Shown: positions 17,632-27,672, counted from the stretch's first letter. The stretch: 64,000 nucleotides of DNA from Gemmatimonadales bacterium (GCA_036006525.1 DASYPP010000062.1:10958-74957); one strand, 5' to 3'. Numbers and translations are program-made. The notes: generated by a model not told the origin, from the letters alone.

Positions 17632-18456
17632 TTGTCTCACTTCCACCTGTTTCTGCTGTCCCCGGATCGCCCCCGACCCACCGGCCCCTTCGTTCCCAGC
17701 CTGTCACTCCATCCATCGGTACTGATCGGCGTTGCTCTGCTGGCTGGCATGTACCTCTACGGCATTACGGCCTGGCGCCGGCGCCGCGTACCCGAGGCGC
17801 CGCTCTCCTCCTGGCGGGTGGTGTCGTTCTTCGCCGGCCTGCTGGTCCTCCTGGGTTCGCTCAACGGCCCCATCCACGACCTGAGCGATTACTACCTCTT
17901 CTCGGCCCACATGGTGCAGCACCTGCTGCTGGTGTTCGTGGTGCCGCCGCTGCTCCTGGCCGGCATCCCGGGCTGGCTGCTCGGGCCGCTCTTCGCTCAC
18001 CGCCCGGTCCGCGCGACCATGCGCTTCCTGACCCGGCCCGTCGTCGCCGGCCTCTTCTTCACCGCGATGATGGTGCTCTGGCACCTGGTCCCGCTTTACG
18101 ACCTGATGATGCGGAACCATGACGTGCATATCGCCACCCACCTCCTCTTCATCGTCGCTGCCACCCTGATGTGGTGGCCGGTGCTGAGCCCCTCACCCGA
18201 GGTGCCCCGCCTGAGCCCCGGCCTCCAGATGCTTTATCTCTTCCTGATCGGGATCCCGATGCAGGCCGTCGCCGCCCCTATCAGCCTGGCCGATACGGTG
18301 CTGTATCACTGGTACGCCGAGGCCCCGCGCACCTGGGGGCTGACGGCGCTGCAGGATCAACAGACGGGCGGGTTGCTGATGTGGGTGCCGGGAGGTTTGT
18401 ATCTGGGCCTGGCGATCGGGGTGATCTTCTTCCAGTGGGCGGCCAAAGAGAAATAG
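17632..18456 (+). CDS. ctaG: cytochrome c oxidase assembly protein (Caa3_CtaG family)
   Basis: Polytopic protein with SAHMVQHLLL and WWPVLSP motifs, directly downstream of ctaF. The only in-frame start is TTG 17632, so the start is uncertain. Confidence 0.8.
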   Translation: MSHFHLFLLSPDRPRPTGPFVPSLSLHPSVLIGVALLAGMYLYGITAWRRRRVPEAPLSSWRVVSFFAGLLVLLGSLNGPIHDLSDYYLFSAHMVQHLLLVFVVPPLLLAGIPGWLLGPLFAHRPVRATMRFLTRPVVAGLFFTAMMVLWHLVPLYDLMMRNHDVHIATHLLFIVAATLMWWPVLSPSPEVPRLSPGLQMLYLFLIGIPMQAVAAPISLADTVLYHWYAEAPRTWGLTALQDQQTGGLLMWVPGGLYLGLAIGVIFFQWAAKEK

Positions 18457-18483
18457 TCGGCTAGTCCCAGCTGGTCGACCATT

Positions 18484-18582
18484 CCTCACGAAAAGCACGA
18501 ACTCCACGAAAACCGCGAAAGAAACGCTTCTTCATGGAATCCCTGTTCGTGGCTTCCGCGGGATTTCGTGACTTTCGTGAGG
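18484..18582. repeat. tandem-repeat-armed hairpin (CACGAAA-type 9-mers) between convergent ctaG and the ykgJ-like gene
   Basis: Left arm cctcacgaaaagcacgaactccacgaaaaccgcgaaagaaacg. Right arm cgtggcttccgcgggatttcgtgactttcgtgagg. The outer 10 bp are perfect. The right arm is inside the last codons of the ykgJ-like ORF. Confidence 0.75.
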
Positions 18583-19191
18583 ATATGTTATTGCTGCGGC
18601 GATCGTCGTTTCATAGTCCGTGCGCAGTGGCGAGCCAAACAGCTGCATCGATGCCGCCTCGAGGCAGGCCGATTCCACGTCTTCCAGGCTCTCCAGGCCG
18701 AACGGCTGGGCGGCCAGTCCGGCATACCCGGGGAATTCGTTCTGGATCGGACAAGCGTTCTCGATGATCCGGTCTCCCCGGGTTTGCATGGATAGTCCCA
18801 TGGTCCGGCAGACCAGCGGGCGATACTGGTAAATCAGGCAGGCGCCGTCCTCATCGAGGCAGGGGCAGGGCGCATCGGCCAGCCGGTCGGCCAGCGCATC
18901 GAACCGGTCCTCGCCGATGTCCCCGATCGCTCCGCCGTCCCAACCCGGTTCCGCTTCCCGCATTCGAGTCACCAGTGCAGCGGCCCGCTGCCGTACGGCG
19001 CGCTGCTGTTCATGGGGCAGGGCCTGGACGCCGGCCCGCACCAGGAGAACATCCGCCGTGCTGATGTCGAAGGGTCCGTGACAGCAGGCGGCGCAGCCCG
19101 GGCGACACGGAATGACGCCAGGAAATTGATCCCGGGCGGACTGGAACCATTGGTCAAGCTGCTCCAGCAGCTCGCGGTAGGCCTGCACCAC
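18532..19191 (-). CDS. YkgJ-family cysteine-cluster protein (UPF0153)
   Basis: CRPGCAACCHGPF plus a downstream CPCLDEDGACLIYQYRPLVCR, the YkgJ/zinc-iron chelating Cys cluster. The start was put at GTG 19191 because the upstream part of the 18532..19371 ORF overlaps the DUF423 gene. The last ~17 codons are encoded by a repeat arm. Confidence 0.7.
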   Translation of the reverse strand: MVQAYRELLEQLDQWFQSARDQFPGVIPCRPGCAACCHGPFDISTADVLLVRAGVQALPHEQQRAVRQRAAALVTRMREAEPGWDGGAIGDIGEDRFDALADRLADAPCPCLDEDGACLIYQYRPLVCRTMGLSMQTRGDRIIENACPIQNEFPGYAGLAAQPFGLESLEDVESACLEAASMQLFGSPLRTDYETTIAAAITYPHESHEIPRKPRTGIP

Positions 19192-19208
19192 GGGAGACTC
19201 GGGAATGG

Positions 19209-19577
19209 CTACGCCCGGCTCGCGGCGAGCGCGAGACAGATCCACCCGGCCAGCAACGCCACGCCGCCGAACGGCGTGACCAGGCCGAAACGGCCGATTC
19301 CGGTGAGGGCGATCAGGTAGAGGCTCCCGCTGAAGAGAACGGTACCGAGGAGGAACAGGCGGCCGGCCCAAAGTGCCGCATTATTGGGAGAGCGGCTCAC
19401 CAGCCAGGCGACCGCGAGGAGCGCGAGGGCGTGATACATCTGGTAGCGAGCGCCGGTTTCAAAGGCCTGGAGGTGTTCGGGGGAAATGCGATCGCGCAGT
19501 GCGTGAGCGCCGAAGGCCCCGGCGAGCACCGAGACGAAACCGGAGACTGCTCCGGCCCTGAGAAAAAAGCGATCCAA
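19209..19577 (-). CDS. DUF423 domain-containing membrane protein (YgdD/TMEM256-like)
   Basis: 122 aa with four TM helices. GAFGAHAL and YQMYHALALL are the DUF423 hallmarks. TTG start. Confidence 0.85.
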   Translation of the reverse strand: MDRFFLRAGAVSGFVSVLAGAFGAHALRDRISPEHLQAFETGARYQMYHALALLAVAWLVSRSPNNAALWAGRLFLLGTVLFSGSLYLIALTGIGRFGLVTPFGGVALLAGWICLALAASRA

Positions 19578-19612
19578 TGTGGTCTTCCTTCGATCGTGAT
19601 TGGGTCAGAACA

Positions 19613-19733
19613 GCAACATCCAACGCCGAGGCGCAGGGCCACGCAGAGTCATTCGCAGAGGAAAACTATTTCATGAGAATGAATCCTGGTCTCCGCGATA
19701 GCTCAGCGCCCTCTGCGACTCAGCGTTGGATGT
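19613..19733. repeat. GCAGAG-type hairpin element with termini GCAACATCCAACGC / GCGTTGGATGT
   Basis: Left arm gcaacatccaacgccgaggcgcagggccacgcagagtcattcgcagagg. Right arm ctccgcgatagctcagcgccctctgcgactcagcgttggatgt. The right arm overlaps the stop and last codons of the 19703..20431 gene. Confidence 0.8.
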
Positions 19734-20431
19734 TTTTCTCCGCTTTCTCCACCAGCACGGGCTCGATTCGGCAATGGCCGGTCCGCCCACGCCGCCAGCG
19801 CGACAAGCAGAATCACTCCGCCAATGTCCGCGATGGCGATGGCCCTGATGCTGGGAGGTGGGGGGCCGAAGGTGCTTGCGACGAAGAGAGCCAGGAGCAA
19901 ACCCGCCAATACCGCGACCCGCCAGGTGATACCGCTCGAGCCGCGCGACCGCCACCGGAAATAGACGAAGAGTCCGGCGCCGAACAGCAGTAGCTCCACC
20001 GCCATGGTAGCGGGGATGCTCCGCCAGAGACCGAAGCCGTACTTGGTGGAGTCGTCACCCACCAGGGGGAGGTCACGAACGTGGACCACCAGATCGAGGA
20101 ACCAGTGGGACGCCACCACCAGTGCCACGACCAGCGCCTTGAGCCAATGATGCTTGCTGGTGTCGCGGGTGGGCCACGAGTACACGATAACGGCGGCCAG
20201 CAGGCCCCACCCGAACGCTGCGGCCAGGCTGTGGGTGATCGGGTAGGAAATGAACTCGATCTGGTTCCCCGGGGTCGGAGCGGGGACAATGGCGGCCCGC
20301 TCCCATCCGGTGAGCAGAAACACCCCCCACAGCAAATCAACCAGCGCGGTGGCGAAGAAGAGGGTAGCCAGCGAAAGCTTGGGTTCCACCCGCTTCATGC
20401 CGAATGCGACGCCGAAGTGTCCCAGGAACAT
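19703..20431 (-). CDS. polytopic membrane protein (possibly YdjM/metal-dependent membrane hydrolase-like)
   Basis: 242 aa with about 7 hydrophobic helices. Conserved-looking His residues (MFLGHFG, ITHSLA, ASHWFLDLVVH). The 3' end runs into the repeat element at 19613-19733. Confidence 0.6.
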   Translation of the reverse strand: MFLGHFGVAFGMKRVEPKLSLATLFFATALVDLLWGVFLLTGWERAAIVPAPTPGNQIEFISYPITHSLAAAFGWGLLAAVIVYSWPTRDTSKHHWLKALVVALVVASHWFLDLVVHVRDLPLVGDDSTKYGFGLWRSIPATMAVELLLFGAGLFVYFRWRSRGSSGITWRVAVLAGLLLALFVASTFGPPPPSIRAIAIADIGGVILLVALAAWADRPLPNRARAGGESGEKHPTLSRRGR

Positions 20432-20436
20432 GAGCC

Positions 20437-20991
20437 TTATCCTTTCAATCTTTTCAGATCAGCCACGAGCTGGGGAATGCCATGGCTGAATTCATGATCT
20501 TCCCCATCCAGAACCCGGACAGCAGCACGGGGAAGCGCTTGGGCATACAGGACCTGATGGGAAACCGGCACATGGGGATCGTTCTTGCTGTGGTATAGAA
20601 ACAGTTTGGGTATGGCAGGAAGTCTGGTGGCGAAGTCCTCCGGGAGGATGAACGGTTGAACCCAGTCTTCATCACCGCTCCAGAACGGTACAGAAACAAG
20701 AAACATCCCGGCGATGGGATTCCTGAGCGGTTCCTGGGCGAGGTATTTGAGCAGGATCGACCCGCCCAGGGAATGCCCGATAAACACCACTTCGCCGGTG
20801 ACCTTCGCCAGCTCCTCTTTGAGTTTCGCCTTCCACAGGGCGTAATCCGGAGCTTCCGGACGCGGCATTGCTGGATGGATCAGCTGGTACCCGGAACCGA
20901 GCTCGCTCTTGAGCCACGCGACCAAGTCGCTGCTCCCCTCATGAGGCCCCTGGGGCCCGGCACTATGCAGGAAGAATATCTTTTTCTTCAC
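20437..20991 (-). CDS. serine hydrolase family protein (YdeN/RBBP9-like alpha/beta hydrolase)
   Basis: 184 aa. KIFFLHSAG, GHSLGG nucleophile elbow, NDPHVP and DHEF acid/His contexts. Confidence 0.8.
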   Translation of the reverse strand: MKKKIFFLHSAGPQGPHEGSSDLVAWLKSELGSGYQLIHPAMPRPEAPDYALWKAKLKEELAKVTGEVVFIGHSLGGSILLKYLAQEPLRNPIAGMFLVSVPFWSGDEDWVQPFILPEDFATRLPAIPKLFLYHSKNDPHVPVSHQVLYAQALPRAAVRVLDGEDHEFSHGIPQLVADLKRLKG

Positions 20992-21000
20992 CTGATTGTC

Positions 21001-21753
21001 TCAGCGCTTGAGCCAGGAGCCTCCATCCACGACAAAAATGGCGCCGGTAATCCAGTCGCCCGCGGGGCTTGCCAGGTAGGTTACCATCTCGCCGATGTCG
21101 TTGGGTTCTCCCCAGCGGCCGGCTGGGATCATGTCCCGGGCCTTTTCATCCGAGAAAAGGTCGGGGGCTCCCGGCGTGGGAGTGAAGGCCTTGCGAACCC
21201 CCTCGGTGGGAATCGGTCCCGGCGCGATCGCGTTGACCCGGACACCGTCTGCCGCCCACTCCAGCGCCAGGGTCCTGGTCAGGGCATCGATGCCGGCCTT
21301 GGCAGCGGTGGCGTGGGCCATCAGCGGCCAGCCCCGGTAGTGCAGAGTCATTGAAATCGAGATGATGCGCCCGCGCTGCTGCTGCTTCATTACCGGGTAG
21401 ACCGCCTGGGACAGGAAGAAGGAGCCGTAGAGATCGGTCTCCACCACGGCTTTCCAGGCGTTTTCCGAGAGGGTGGCCGAGGGGGCGTAGAAGTTTCCGG
21501 CGGCGTTGTTGACCAGGATGTCGAGCCGTCCCAAATCGGACACCACCGCTTCCACGGTGTGCCGCACGGTTTCGGCTTCACGAACGTTGGTGGCCAGGGC
21601 GCGGATCCGGGTCCCGTGTTGCTCCAGCTCGCGCCTGGCCGCCTCCAGGATTTCCGGTTTGCGGCTCGCGATGACGACATCCGCCCCGGCCCGGGCCAGC
21701 GAGTTGGCAATACCCCGGCCGATGCCGGTGCCGCCGCCGGTGACCAGGGCCAC
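21001..21753 (-). CDS. SDR family oxidoreductase, 2,4-dienoyl-CoA reductase (DECR)-like
   Basis: TGGGTGIG, NNAAGNF and AAKAGIDALTRTLALEW (S/K catalytic context without the classical YxxxK, as in DECR). The C-terminus is ASPAGDWITGAIFVVDGGSWL. GTG 21753 has AAAGG 5 nt upstream. The frame stays open and homologous-looking (FRPALLKGQ) upstream without a canonical start. Confidence 0.85.
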   Translation of the reverse strand: MALVTGGGTGIGRGIANSLARAGADVVIASRKPEILEAARRELEQHGTRIRALATNVREAETVRHTVEAVVSDLGRLDILVNNAAGNFYAPSATLSENAWKAVVETDLYGSFFLSQAVYPVMKQQQRGRIISISMTLHYRGWPLMAHATAAKAGIDALTRTLALEWAADGVRVNAIAPGPIPTEGVRKAFTPTPGAPDLFSDEKARDMIPAGRWGEPNDIGEMVTYLASPAGDWITGAIFVVDGGSWLKR

Positions 21754-21793
21754 CTGGCCTTTCAGGAGAGCGGGGCGAAAAATCGATGGGTGA

Positions 21794-22717
21794 CTAATGC
21801 GACTGTACCGGGCTTCCCGGGGTGTCGGCGCCCTCCACCGCCATTCCCATCACGTGGTACCCGGAGTCCACGTAGACCACGGTGCCGGTGATCGCGGCGG
21901 CCAACGGGCTGCAGAGGAAGGCCGCGGCATTGCCCACGTCAAACGAGTCGATTGGCTTGGGCAGGGGTGAGTTGGCGCTGGTGTACTTGATCATGGTGTC
22001 GATGAACCCGATGGCCGACGCGGCCCGGGATGCCCAGGGCCCGGCGGAGATGGAATTCACCCGGACCCCGTGCATGCGCCCCGCTTCAAAGGCGAGGGTG
22101 CGGGTGTCTGATTCCAGCGCCGCCTTGGCGCTCGACATGCCGCCGCCATATCCCGGGATGACCCGCTCACCCGCGATATAGGTGAGCGACAGGAATGAAC
22201 CGCCCGGGCGCATCAGGGGGGACAGGTCGCGGACCAGGGCCACGTTGCTGTACGCGCTCACGCTCAAGGCCGTGAGATAGCCGCTCCGGCTGGTTTGGAT
22301 CAGCGGCTTCCGGACTTCGGGCGCGTTGGCGAGGCTATGGACCACGATATCGATGCACTGGGGGCCGAAATCGGCCTTCAACCGCTCGACCATCCCGTGG
22401 ATGCTGAAATCGCCAATATCCTTGTAGCGTTTGTTCTCCCGCACGTCCGCCGGCGCATCCTCCAGCACGTCATACGCCGCATCGAGCGGATAGATCCGCT
22501 CGAACGCCATCTTCCGGCCGTCGGAGAGGGTAAGGGACTCGTCGATCTTGCCGCGCTCCAGCAGCTTCTGAAAAATACTCAGCGCCGGCGGCCAACTGCC
22601 CACGCAGATGCTGGCGCCGGCTTCGGCCATGGTCTTGGCGATGGCGAAACCGAACCCGCCGTCGTCGGACACGCCGGCGATGAGGGCCCGCTTACCGGTG
22701 AGATCTATCGCGAGCAT
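21794..22717 (-). CDS. fabI: enoyl-[acyl-carrier-protein] reductase (NADH), FabI (long plant/chlamydial-type)
   Basis: ATG 22717 ([28 protein letters not shown]). Contains [17 protein letters not shown] (Y/K catalytic pair) and SAGP. The rest of the listed 723-aa ORF upstream is antisense to the permease and was rejected. Confidence 0.9.
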   Translation of the reverse strand: MLAIDLTGKRALIAGVSDDGGFGFAIAKTMAEAGASICVGSWPPALSIFQKLLERGKIDESLTLSDGRKMAFERIYPLDAAYDVLEDAPADVRENKRYKDIGDFSIHGMVERLKADFGPQCIDIVVHSLANAPEVRKPLIQTSRSGYLTALSVSAYSNVALVRDLSPLMRPGGSFLSLTYIAGERVIPGYGGGMSSAKAALESDTRTLAFEAGRMHGVRVNSISAGPWASRAASAIGFIDTMIKYTSANSPLPKPIDSFDVGNAAAFLCSPLAAAITGTVVYVDSGYHVMGMAVEGADTPGSPVQSH

Positions 22718-22767
22718 GGGATCCCTTGCCTGGGTGAGGTTCCGAGGCTGGAAGATAACTGCGCCCG

Positions 22768-25335
22768 TCACTCGGTGCGCAGCACCTCCAGCGGTGTCTT
22801 GCCCAGCACCTCCAGGCTGCTGGCCAGGCCCACTGCGAGGGTCAATCCAACCACGCCGAGCGCCAGCCAGGCCAGGGCTCCCAGGGGAATCGCGAACGGC
22901 GTGTCGAACACCCATTTCATGATCACCCATCCGGCGCCGCCCGAGAGCAGCAACGCGGTGAGCACCGCCAGGCTGCCGAGCGCGAGATACTCCACCGCGA
23001 GAATCCCCCCGATCTGCCACCGCGTGGCACCCAGGGTCTTGAGCAGCACGCCCTCCCGCACCCGCTGATAGCGACTGGTCGCCACCGCGCCGACCAGGAC
23101 CACCGCGCCGGTGGCCAGGCTGAAGAGCGCCATGAACCGGATGACCAGCACGACCCGGTTGATCAATCGCTCCAGGGAGGCCTGGATCTGGGTCAGGTCG
23201 ATCGCGGTGACGTTGGGAAACCGCTCGATCACCTGGCGCTGCAGTCTCCCCAGCCCGGCAGGATCGGGCACCCGGGTCAGCACGACGTACATCTGGGGCG
23301 CGTCGCTGAGCGGTCCTCCAGGAAACACCACGAAGAAGTTGGGCTCGAAGCGGGCCCAATCCACCTTGCGCAGGTTGGCGATCCGGGTCGTAACCGGCAG
23401 GCCCTGGACGTCCCATACCATCGTGTCGCCCACGGTGACGCCGAGCTCTCCCGCCACTTCCACCTCGACCGAGATCGGGACCACCGCGGTGTCGGCCCGC
23501 CCCGGCGTCCACCATCGGCCCAGCACAATCCGCTCGGAAGCGACGGTAGTGTCGCGATAGGTGGAGCGAAATTCCCGGCGGAAGGCCCAGCGGCCCAGCG
23601 GCTGGCCGTCTTCGCCCACCAGGTTGGAATCCCGGAGGATCGCTGCCAGCGGGCGTCCCTTGACCGAGAGAATTCGCATGGGAACGATCGGCACCGCGGG
23701 TTGCAGGGCGTGGCCACCGGCCCGGATCTGGTCTTCGATGGTATGCCGCTGGTCGGGTTGGATGTCGAAGAACACGAGGTTGGCCCGGGGCCCGCTTGCC
23801 CCCACCCGGAATTCGTGCAGCAGGTTCGCCTGGACCAGGTAGAGAGTGCTGAGCAATACCGTTCCGAATCCCAGCGAGAGCAGGACCGAGAGGGTCTGGT
23901 TCGCCGGCCGGTAGAGATTGGCCAGCCCCTGCCGCCACAGGTAGGGCAAGCGGCGGGGAAACCACCGTCTGAGCGCCCGGCTGAGCAGAAAGGCCGCGAG
24001 CGCCAGTGTGCCGAGTATGATCCCGATCCCCACCGCGAAAGCCAGTCCGGAAACCAGGTTCCCGACCTGGAGCGCGGCCAGCCCGATTACGCTGGCGGCG
24101 AGCAGCAGGTACACCGGAAATTTCCAGAAATCGATGCCGGGCCGGCGTATTTCTTCAAACGGCCGGCGCAGGACCACGAGGGGGGACACCCGGCGAACGC
24201 CGAGCAGGGGCAACAGCGCGAAGAGAATCGAGACCAGGAAGCCGGTTCCCAGCCCGGTGAGCACGGCCGGCCAGGAGACCGAGAAGGCCACATCCACCGG
24301 GAGAAAATCGGCGAGCACCCGGGGCAACGCCAGCTGCAGGATGATCCCCGCCAGCGCGCCCAGCGTGCTTCCGATCAGGCCCATGCCGCCGGCCTGGAGC
24401 AGGTAGACCAGGAACAACTGCCCGGAACCGGCGCCAAGGCAGCGCAGGATCGCGATGGTCTCGAGCTTCCGCCGAATGAAGACGTGGACCGCGCTCGCCA
24501 CGCCGAGTCCGCCCAGCAGCAGCGCGATCAGGGCGACCAGCCCGAGATAGCGGCCCAGCTGGTCCAGCGCCCGGTCCATGTTGGCCTGGTCATCAGCGAC
24601 AGTGCGGACCGTGAGGAGTTCTTCGGCCAATGCCGGCCGGAGTCGATTCGCCATTGCCTGAGGATCGCCCGCGCCGATCTTGAGGTACTTCTCGTAATCG
24701 TAGCGGGATCCGGCGACCAGCAGCCCGGTGGCGGCGAGTTGCTGTCCTGCAACGTAGACGCGAGGACCAAAAGCGGTACGGACACCGACGTCGCCGGGGA
24801 CGTCCACGATGGTCCCCGTGATGACGAACCTCGCCTCGCCCAGCGCCAGCGAATCGCCCGCCCGGGCGTTGAGCGCGGCGAGCAGCGAGGGATCCACGAT
24901 CACGTTGCGGCCCGACTGGAGCCGCTCCCACGCCTCGCGCGGCTCGGTGCGGATCGAGCCGTAGAACGGATAGGTCCCTTCGATTCCCTCGACCTGGACC
25001 AGCCGGGTGCCCTCGGTACGGGGCACGTAGGCCATCGCGGCAAAGCTGATGACGGTGGAGACCGAGGGGCAGGGCAGGGCGGGACAACCGGCAACGCTGT
25101 CGACCATCTTCTCTGCCCGGGGAGAAAACGGTTTATGGCCCCGCACCTGGATGTCGGCACCGAGAAGAACCCGGGCCTGCGATTGCGCGGTGCTGCGCAG
25201 GTTGTCGGTGAAGGAGTTGATGGCGACCAGCGCGGCGACTCCCACGGTCACCGAAGCGGTGAGCAGCAGCAGTCGCCGGCGCGCCGCCCGGCTTTCCCGC
25301 CACGCCATCGCCAGCACGAACTTCGTGCGATTCAC
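22768..25335 (-). CDS. ABC transporter permease with two FtsX-like domains (YbbP/MacB-like)
   Basis: 855 aa. Two blocks of 4 TM helices, each preceded by a large extracytoplasmic domain. ATGA coupling to the ATPase gene. Confidence 0.88.
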   Translation of the reverse strand: MNRTKFVLAMAWRESRAARRRLLLLTASVTVGVAALVAINSFTDNLRSTAQSQARVLLGADIQVRGHKPFSPRAEKMVDSVAGCPALPCPSVSTVISFAAMAYVPRTEGTRLVQVEGIEGTYPFYGSIRTEPREAWERLQSGRNVIVDPSLLAALNARAGDSLALGEARFVITGTIVDVPGDVGVRTAFGPRVYVAGQQLAATGLLVAGSRYDYEKYLKIGAGDPQAMANRLRPALAEELLTVRTVADDQANMDRALDQLGRYLGLVALIALLLGGLGVASAVHVFIRRKLETIAILRCLGAGSGQLFLVYLLQAGGMGLIGSTLGALAGIILQLALPRVLADFLPVDVAFSVSWPAVLTGLGTGFLVSILFALLPLLGVRRVSPLVVLRRPFEEIRRPGIDFWKFPVYLLLAASVIGLAALQVGNLVSGLAFAVGIGIILGTLALAAFLLSRALRRWFPRRLPYLWRQGLANLYRPANQTLSVLLSLGFGTVLLSTLYLVQANLLHEFRVGASGPRANLVFFDIQPDQRHTIEDQIRAGGHALQPAVPIVPMRILSVKGRPLAAILRDSNLVGEDGQPLGRWAFRREFRSTYRDTTVASERIVLGRWWTPGRADTAVVPISVEVEVAGELGVTVGDTMVWDVQGLPVTTRIANLRKVDWARFEPNFFVVFPGGPLSDAPQMYVVLTRVPDPAGLGRLQRQVIERFPNVTAIDLTQIQASLERLINRVVLVIRFMALFSLATGAVVLVGAVATSRYQRVREGVLLKTLGATRWQIGGILAVEYLALGSLAVLTALLLSGGAGWVIMKWVFDTPFAIPLGALAWLALGVVGLTLAVGLASSLEVLGKTPLEVLRTE

Positions 25336-26000
25336 GCGGTGCTGTCGGAAACGACCCGGCCATCCATCAGCCGGATCATCCGCCTTGCCCGGCCGGCGAG
25401 ATCGGAATCGTGGGTGACCAGGACCAGCGTGGTGCCCAGCTCGCGGTTCAACTGATCCATCAGCTCGATCACGCTCTGCCCGGTCGCCGCGTCGAGGTTG
25501 CCGGTGGGCTCATCGGCAAAGAGAATCCGGGGACGGTTGCTGAATGCCCGGGCCAGTGCCACCCGCTGCTGTTCACCCCCCGAGAGCTGTGCCGGATAGT
25601 GATGGGCCCGGGCCGCCAGTCCCACCCGGTCCAGCAGTTCGTCCGCCCGGGCCCGCGCTTCCTCGCCGCGGAGTTCCAGCGGCACCTGGACGTTCTCCCG
25701 CGCGGTGAGGGTCGGAATCAGGTGAAACGACTGGAAGACAAACCCGACCTTTTCTCCCCGCAGCCGGGCCCGCCCGTCCTCCGACAGGGTGGAGAGATCC
25801 TGGCCGTCCAGTATCACCCGACCGCTTCGGGGGCGGTCGAGGCCGGCCAGGAGCCCGAGCAACGTGCTCTTCCCGCTTCCCGACGGACCCACGATGGCCA
25901 GGAACTCACCGGCCGGGATGCTGAAAGTGACTTCGCGCAGGACGGTCAGCTCGCGTCCCCCGGAGAGGTACACCTGGGTCAGTGATTCGGAGGTCAACAT
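25332..26000 (-). CDS. ABC transporter ATP-binding protein (YbbA/LolD-like)
   Basis: Walker [10 protein letters not shown], signature [14 protein letters not shown], Walker [13 protein letters not shown] and H-loop THD. Confidence 0.92.
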   Translation of the reverse strand: MLTSESLTQVYLSGGRELTVLREVTFSIPAGEFLAIVGPSGSGKSTLLGLLAGLDRPRSGRVILDGQDLSTLSEDGRARLRGEKVGFVFQSFHLIPTLTARENVQVPLELRGEEARARADELLDRVGLAARAHHYPAQLSGGEQQRVALARAFSNRPRILFADEPTGNLDAATGQSVIELMDQLNRELGTTLVLVTHDSDLAGRARRMIRLMDGRVVSDSTA

Positions 26001-26050
26001 GGCTCAATGATAACGGGAGTTTTTACTCCGGCACCCTTAGGTTCCAGGTC

Positions 26051-26740
26051 ATGAATCGACGCTGGCTCGAGACCATAACGCTCTGCGCCGCGGCATTGTT
26101 GCTCGCTCCGGCGTGTAAGAAAGAGCAGCCGTCCGCGGGTCCTCCAGCCGCGGCCCCCGCGGCCCGGCTGCCGGCCACTCAAAGGCCGGCCATCATTTTT
26201 CTGGGGACCAGTATTACCGCCGGACTCGGCGTGGACCTTTCGCAAGCCTACCCGGCGCTCATCGAGAAGCGGCTGGATTCCCTGCACCTCGACTACCAGG
26301 TGATCAACGCGGGGGTTTCAGGTGAGACTTCGGCGGGAGCCCGGCAGCGGATCGGCTGGTTATTGCGCCAGAAACCTGCCATCCTGGTGATCGAAACCGG
26401 CGCGAACGACGGCTTGAGAGGCCAGGACCCGGCATCGACCAAGGCCAACATCCAGGCGATCATTGACAGCGTGCGCGCCCGGTCGCCGGGAACCAGGATG
26501 GTGATTGCCGGCATGCAGACCCTGCCCAACATGGGAAGACGGTATCTGGAGGAGTTCGTGCGGATTTATCCGGAGCTGGCCGAGACTAATGGTCTTCCGC
26601 TGATCCCGTTCATTCTTGAAGGAGTCGGGGGCGTGGACTCGCTCAACCAGGCCGACGGAATCCACCCCACGCCGGCGGGGCACCGGATCGTGGCGGACAA
26701 TGTCTGGCGGGTGCTGGAGCCGTTGGTTACTCGCCGATAG
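26051..26740 (+). CDS. SGNH/GDSL hydrolase, arylesterase/thioesterase I (TesA-like), lipoprotein
   Basis: ATG 26051 with lipobox LLAPAC. Block [10 protein letters not shown], block III GANDG, block V DGIHP. Divergent from the ybbA/ybbP-like pair, as in E. coli tesA-ybbA-ybbP. Confidence 0.85.
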   Translation: MNRRWLETITLCAAALLLAPACKKEQPSAGPPAAAPAARLPATQRPAIIFLGTSITAGLGVDLSQAYPALIEKRLDSLHLDYQVINAGVSGETSAGARQRIGWLLRQKPAILVIETGANDGLRGQDPASTKANIQAIIDSVRARSPGTRMVIAGMQTLPNMGRRYLEEFVRIYPELAETNGLPLIPFILEGVGGVDSLNQADGIHPTPAGHRIVADNVWRVLEPLVTRR

Positions 26741-27161
26741 CCAGGCCAGGAACGTCGGTGTCTCCCCCGCCGCTACGGAGGTGCTCGCGGGCTTCTTTAG
26801 CCAGCCCCAGGTACAGCTTGTGAAATCGATGCAGTTCCTTTTCCGACAGTTCCTCCAGATCACAGAGCGCCGTGTGCGCGCCTTCATGGGACCGAAGCAG
26901 TTCGTCCAGCTTCAATTGTATCGCCTGGGTGTCCCGGTTCTGGGTATTCTGGATGAGGAATACCATGAGGAAAGTGATGACCGTAGTCCCGGTGTTGATC
27001 ACCAGTTGCCAGGTATCGCTGAAATGAAACACCGGCCCGGTGACAGCCCATGCCACGATGATGGACACGGCAAGAAGAAAGGCGGCCGGATGTCCCGTCG
27101 ACCGTGCCGCCAGTTTCGAGAAACGCGTGAAGAAGTCTCTACGACCCAGTTGCATCTTCAT
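26727..27161 (-). CDS. low-affinity iron permease family protein
   Basis: 144 aa. [55 protein letters not shown] matches the Iron_permease (PF04120-type) core. Confidence 0.8.
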   Translation of the reverse strand: MKMQLGRRDFFTRFSKLAARSTGHPAAFLLAVSIIVAWAVTGPVFHFSDTWQLVINTGTTVITFLMVFLIQNTQNRDTQAIQLKLDELLRSHEGAHTALCDLEELSEKELHRFHKLYLGLAKEAREHLRSGGGDTDVPGLAIGE

Positions 27162-27176
27162 GAGTGACTCCTATCG

Positions 27177-27605
27177 TTATTCCAGTTTCGCATCCATTGT
27201 TACCTCGACGTTCCCCTTGAGCGCGCCCGACACCGGGCAACCGTTCCTGGCGCCCTCGGCCGCCTGCTGAAAGCCGGCCTGGTCGAGCCCTGGAACCGTG
27301 CCGCGAACCTCGAGCTGCATCCTCGTGATCTTGAATCCATCTCCCACTTTCTCGATGGTGCATTGCGCCGTGGTCCTGATGCTGGTGGCCGGCTTGCCGG
27401 CCTTTTCCAGCCCGGCTGACAGCGCCATGCTGAAACAGGCGGCGTGTGCCGCCGCCAACAACTCCTCGGGGTTGGTACCGCCGGTTCCCTCGAAGCGGGT
27501 GGCAAAGGAGTAGCTCCCGCCGAACGCACCGGAGCCCGCCGTGAAGCTGCCTTTGCCGTTCTTCAATCCACCGTTCCACTCGGCGGAAGCTTTGCTCGTC
27601 GGCAT
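27177..27605 (-). CDS. osmC: OsmC family peroxiredoxin
   Basis: ATG 27605 (MPTSKASAEWNGGLKNGKG). Both conserved Cys contexts are present (AAAHAACFSMAL and NGCPVSGAL). Confidence 0.9.
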   Translation of the reverse strand: MPTSKASAEWNGGLKNGKGSFTAGSGAFGGSYSFATRFEGTGGTNPEELLAAAHAACFSMALSAGLEKAGKPATSIRTTAQCTIEKVGDGFKITRMQLEVRGTVPGLDQAGFQQAAEGARNGCPVSGALKGNVEVTMDAKLE

Positions 27606-27648
27606 GATGAACACCTGTATGTGAATGGTTATACAGCCTTCAGCTTCT

Positions 27649-27669
27649 CTGCACCCTGCACCCTGCACC
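27649..27669. repeat. single-arm heptamer array (CTGCACC x3)
   Basis: ctgcaccctgcaccctgcacc lies 3 nt from the TGA of the 27673..28152 gene. No complementary arm was found in the gap. Confidence 0.6.
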
Positions 27670-27672
27670 TTG

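Noticed and set aside
19616-19733. attC (integron cassette recombination site) interpretation of family C elements. Their termini ATCCAAC ... GTTGGAT fit the RYYYAAC / GTTRRRY inverse-core/core consensus, and their lengths (118-146 bp) are near the attC range.
   Set aside because: The consensus is very degenerate, and any palindrome satisfying one half satisfies the other. The two full copies are 39 kb apart, with ordinary chromosomal genes on both strands between them. There is no intI or cassette-like promoterless array. The idea could still be tested with an attC covariance model (IntegronFinder/HattCI).
22718-23965. Upstream 416 codons of the listed 723-aa ORF 21794..23965
   Set aside because: Only the last 307 codons (from ATG 22717) look like FabI. 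The upstream part overlaps the FtsX-type permease on the same strand in another frame and translates to Pro/Arg/Gly-rich sequence.
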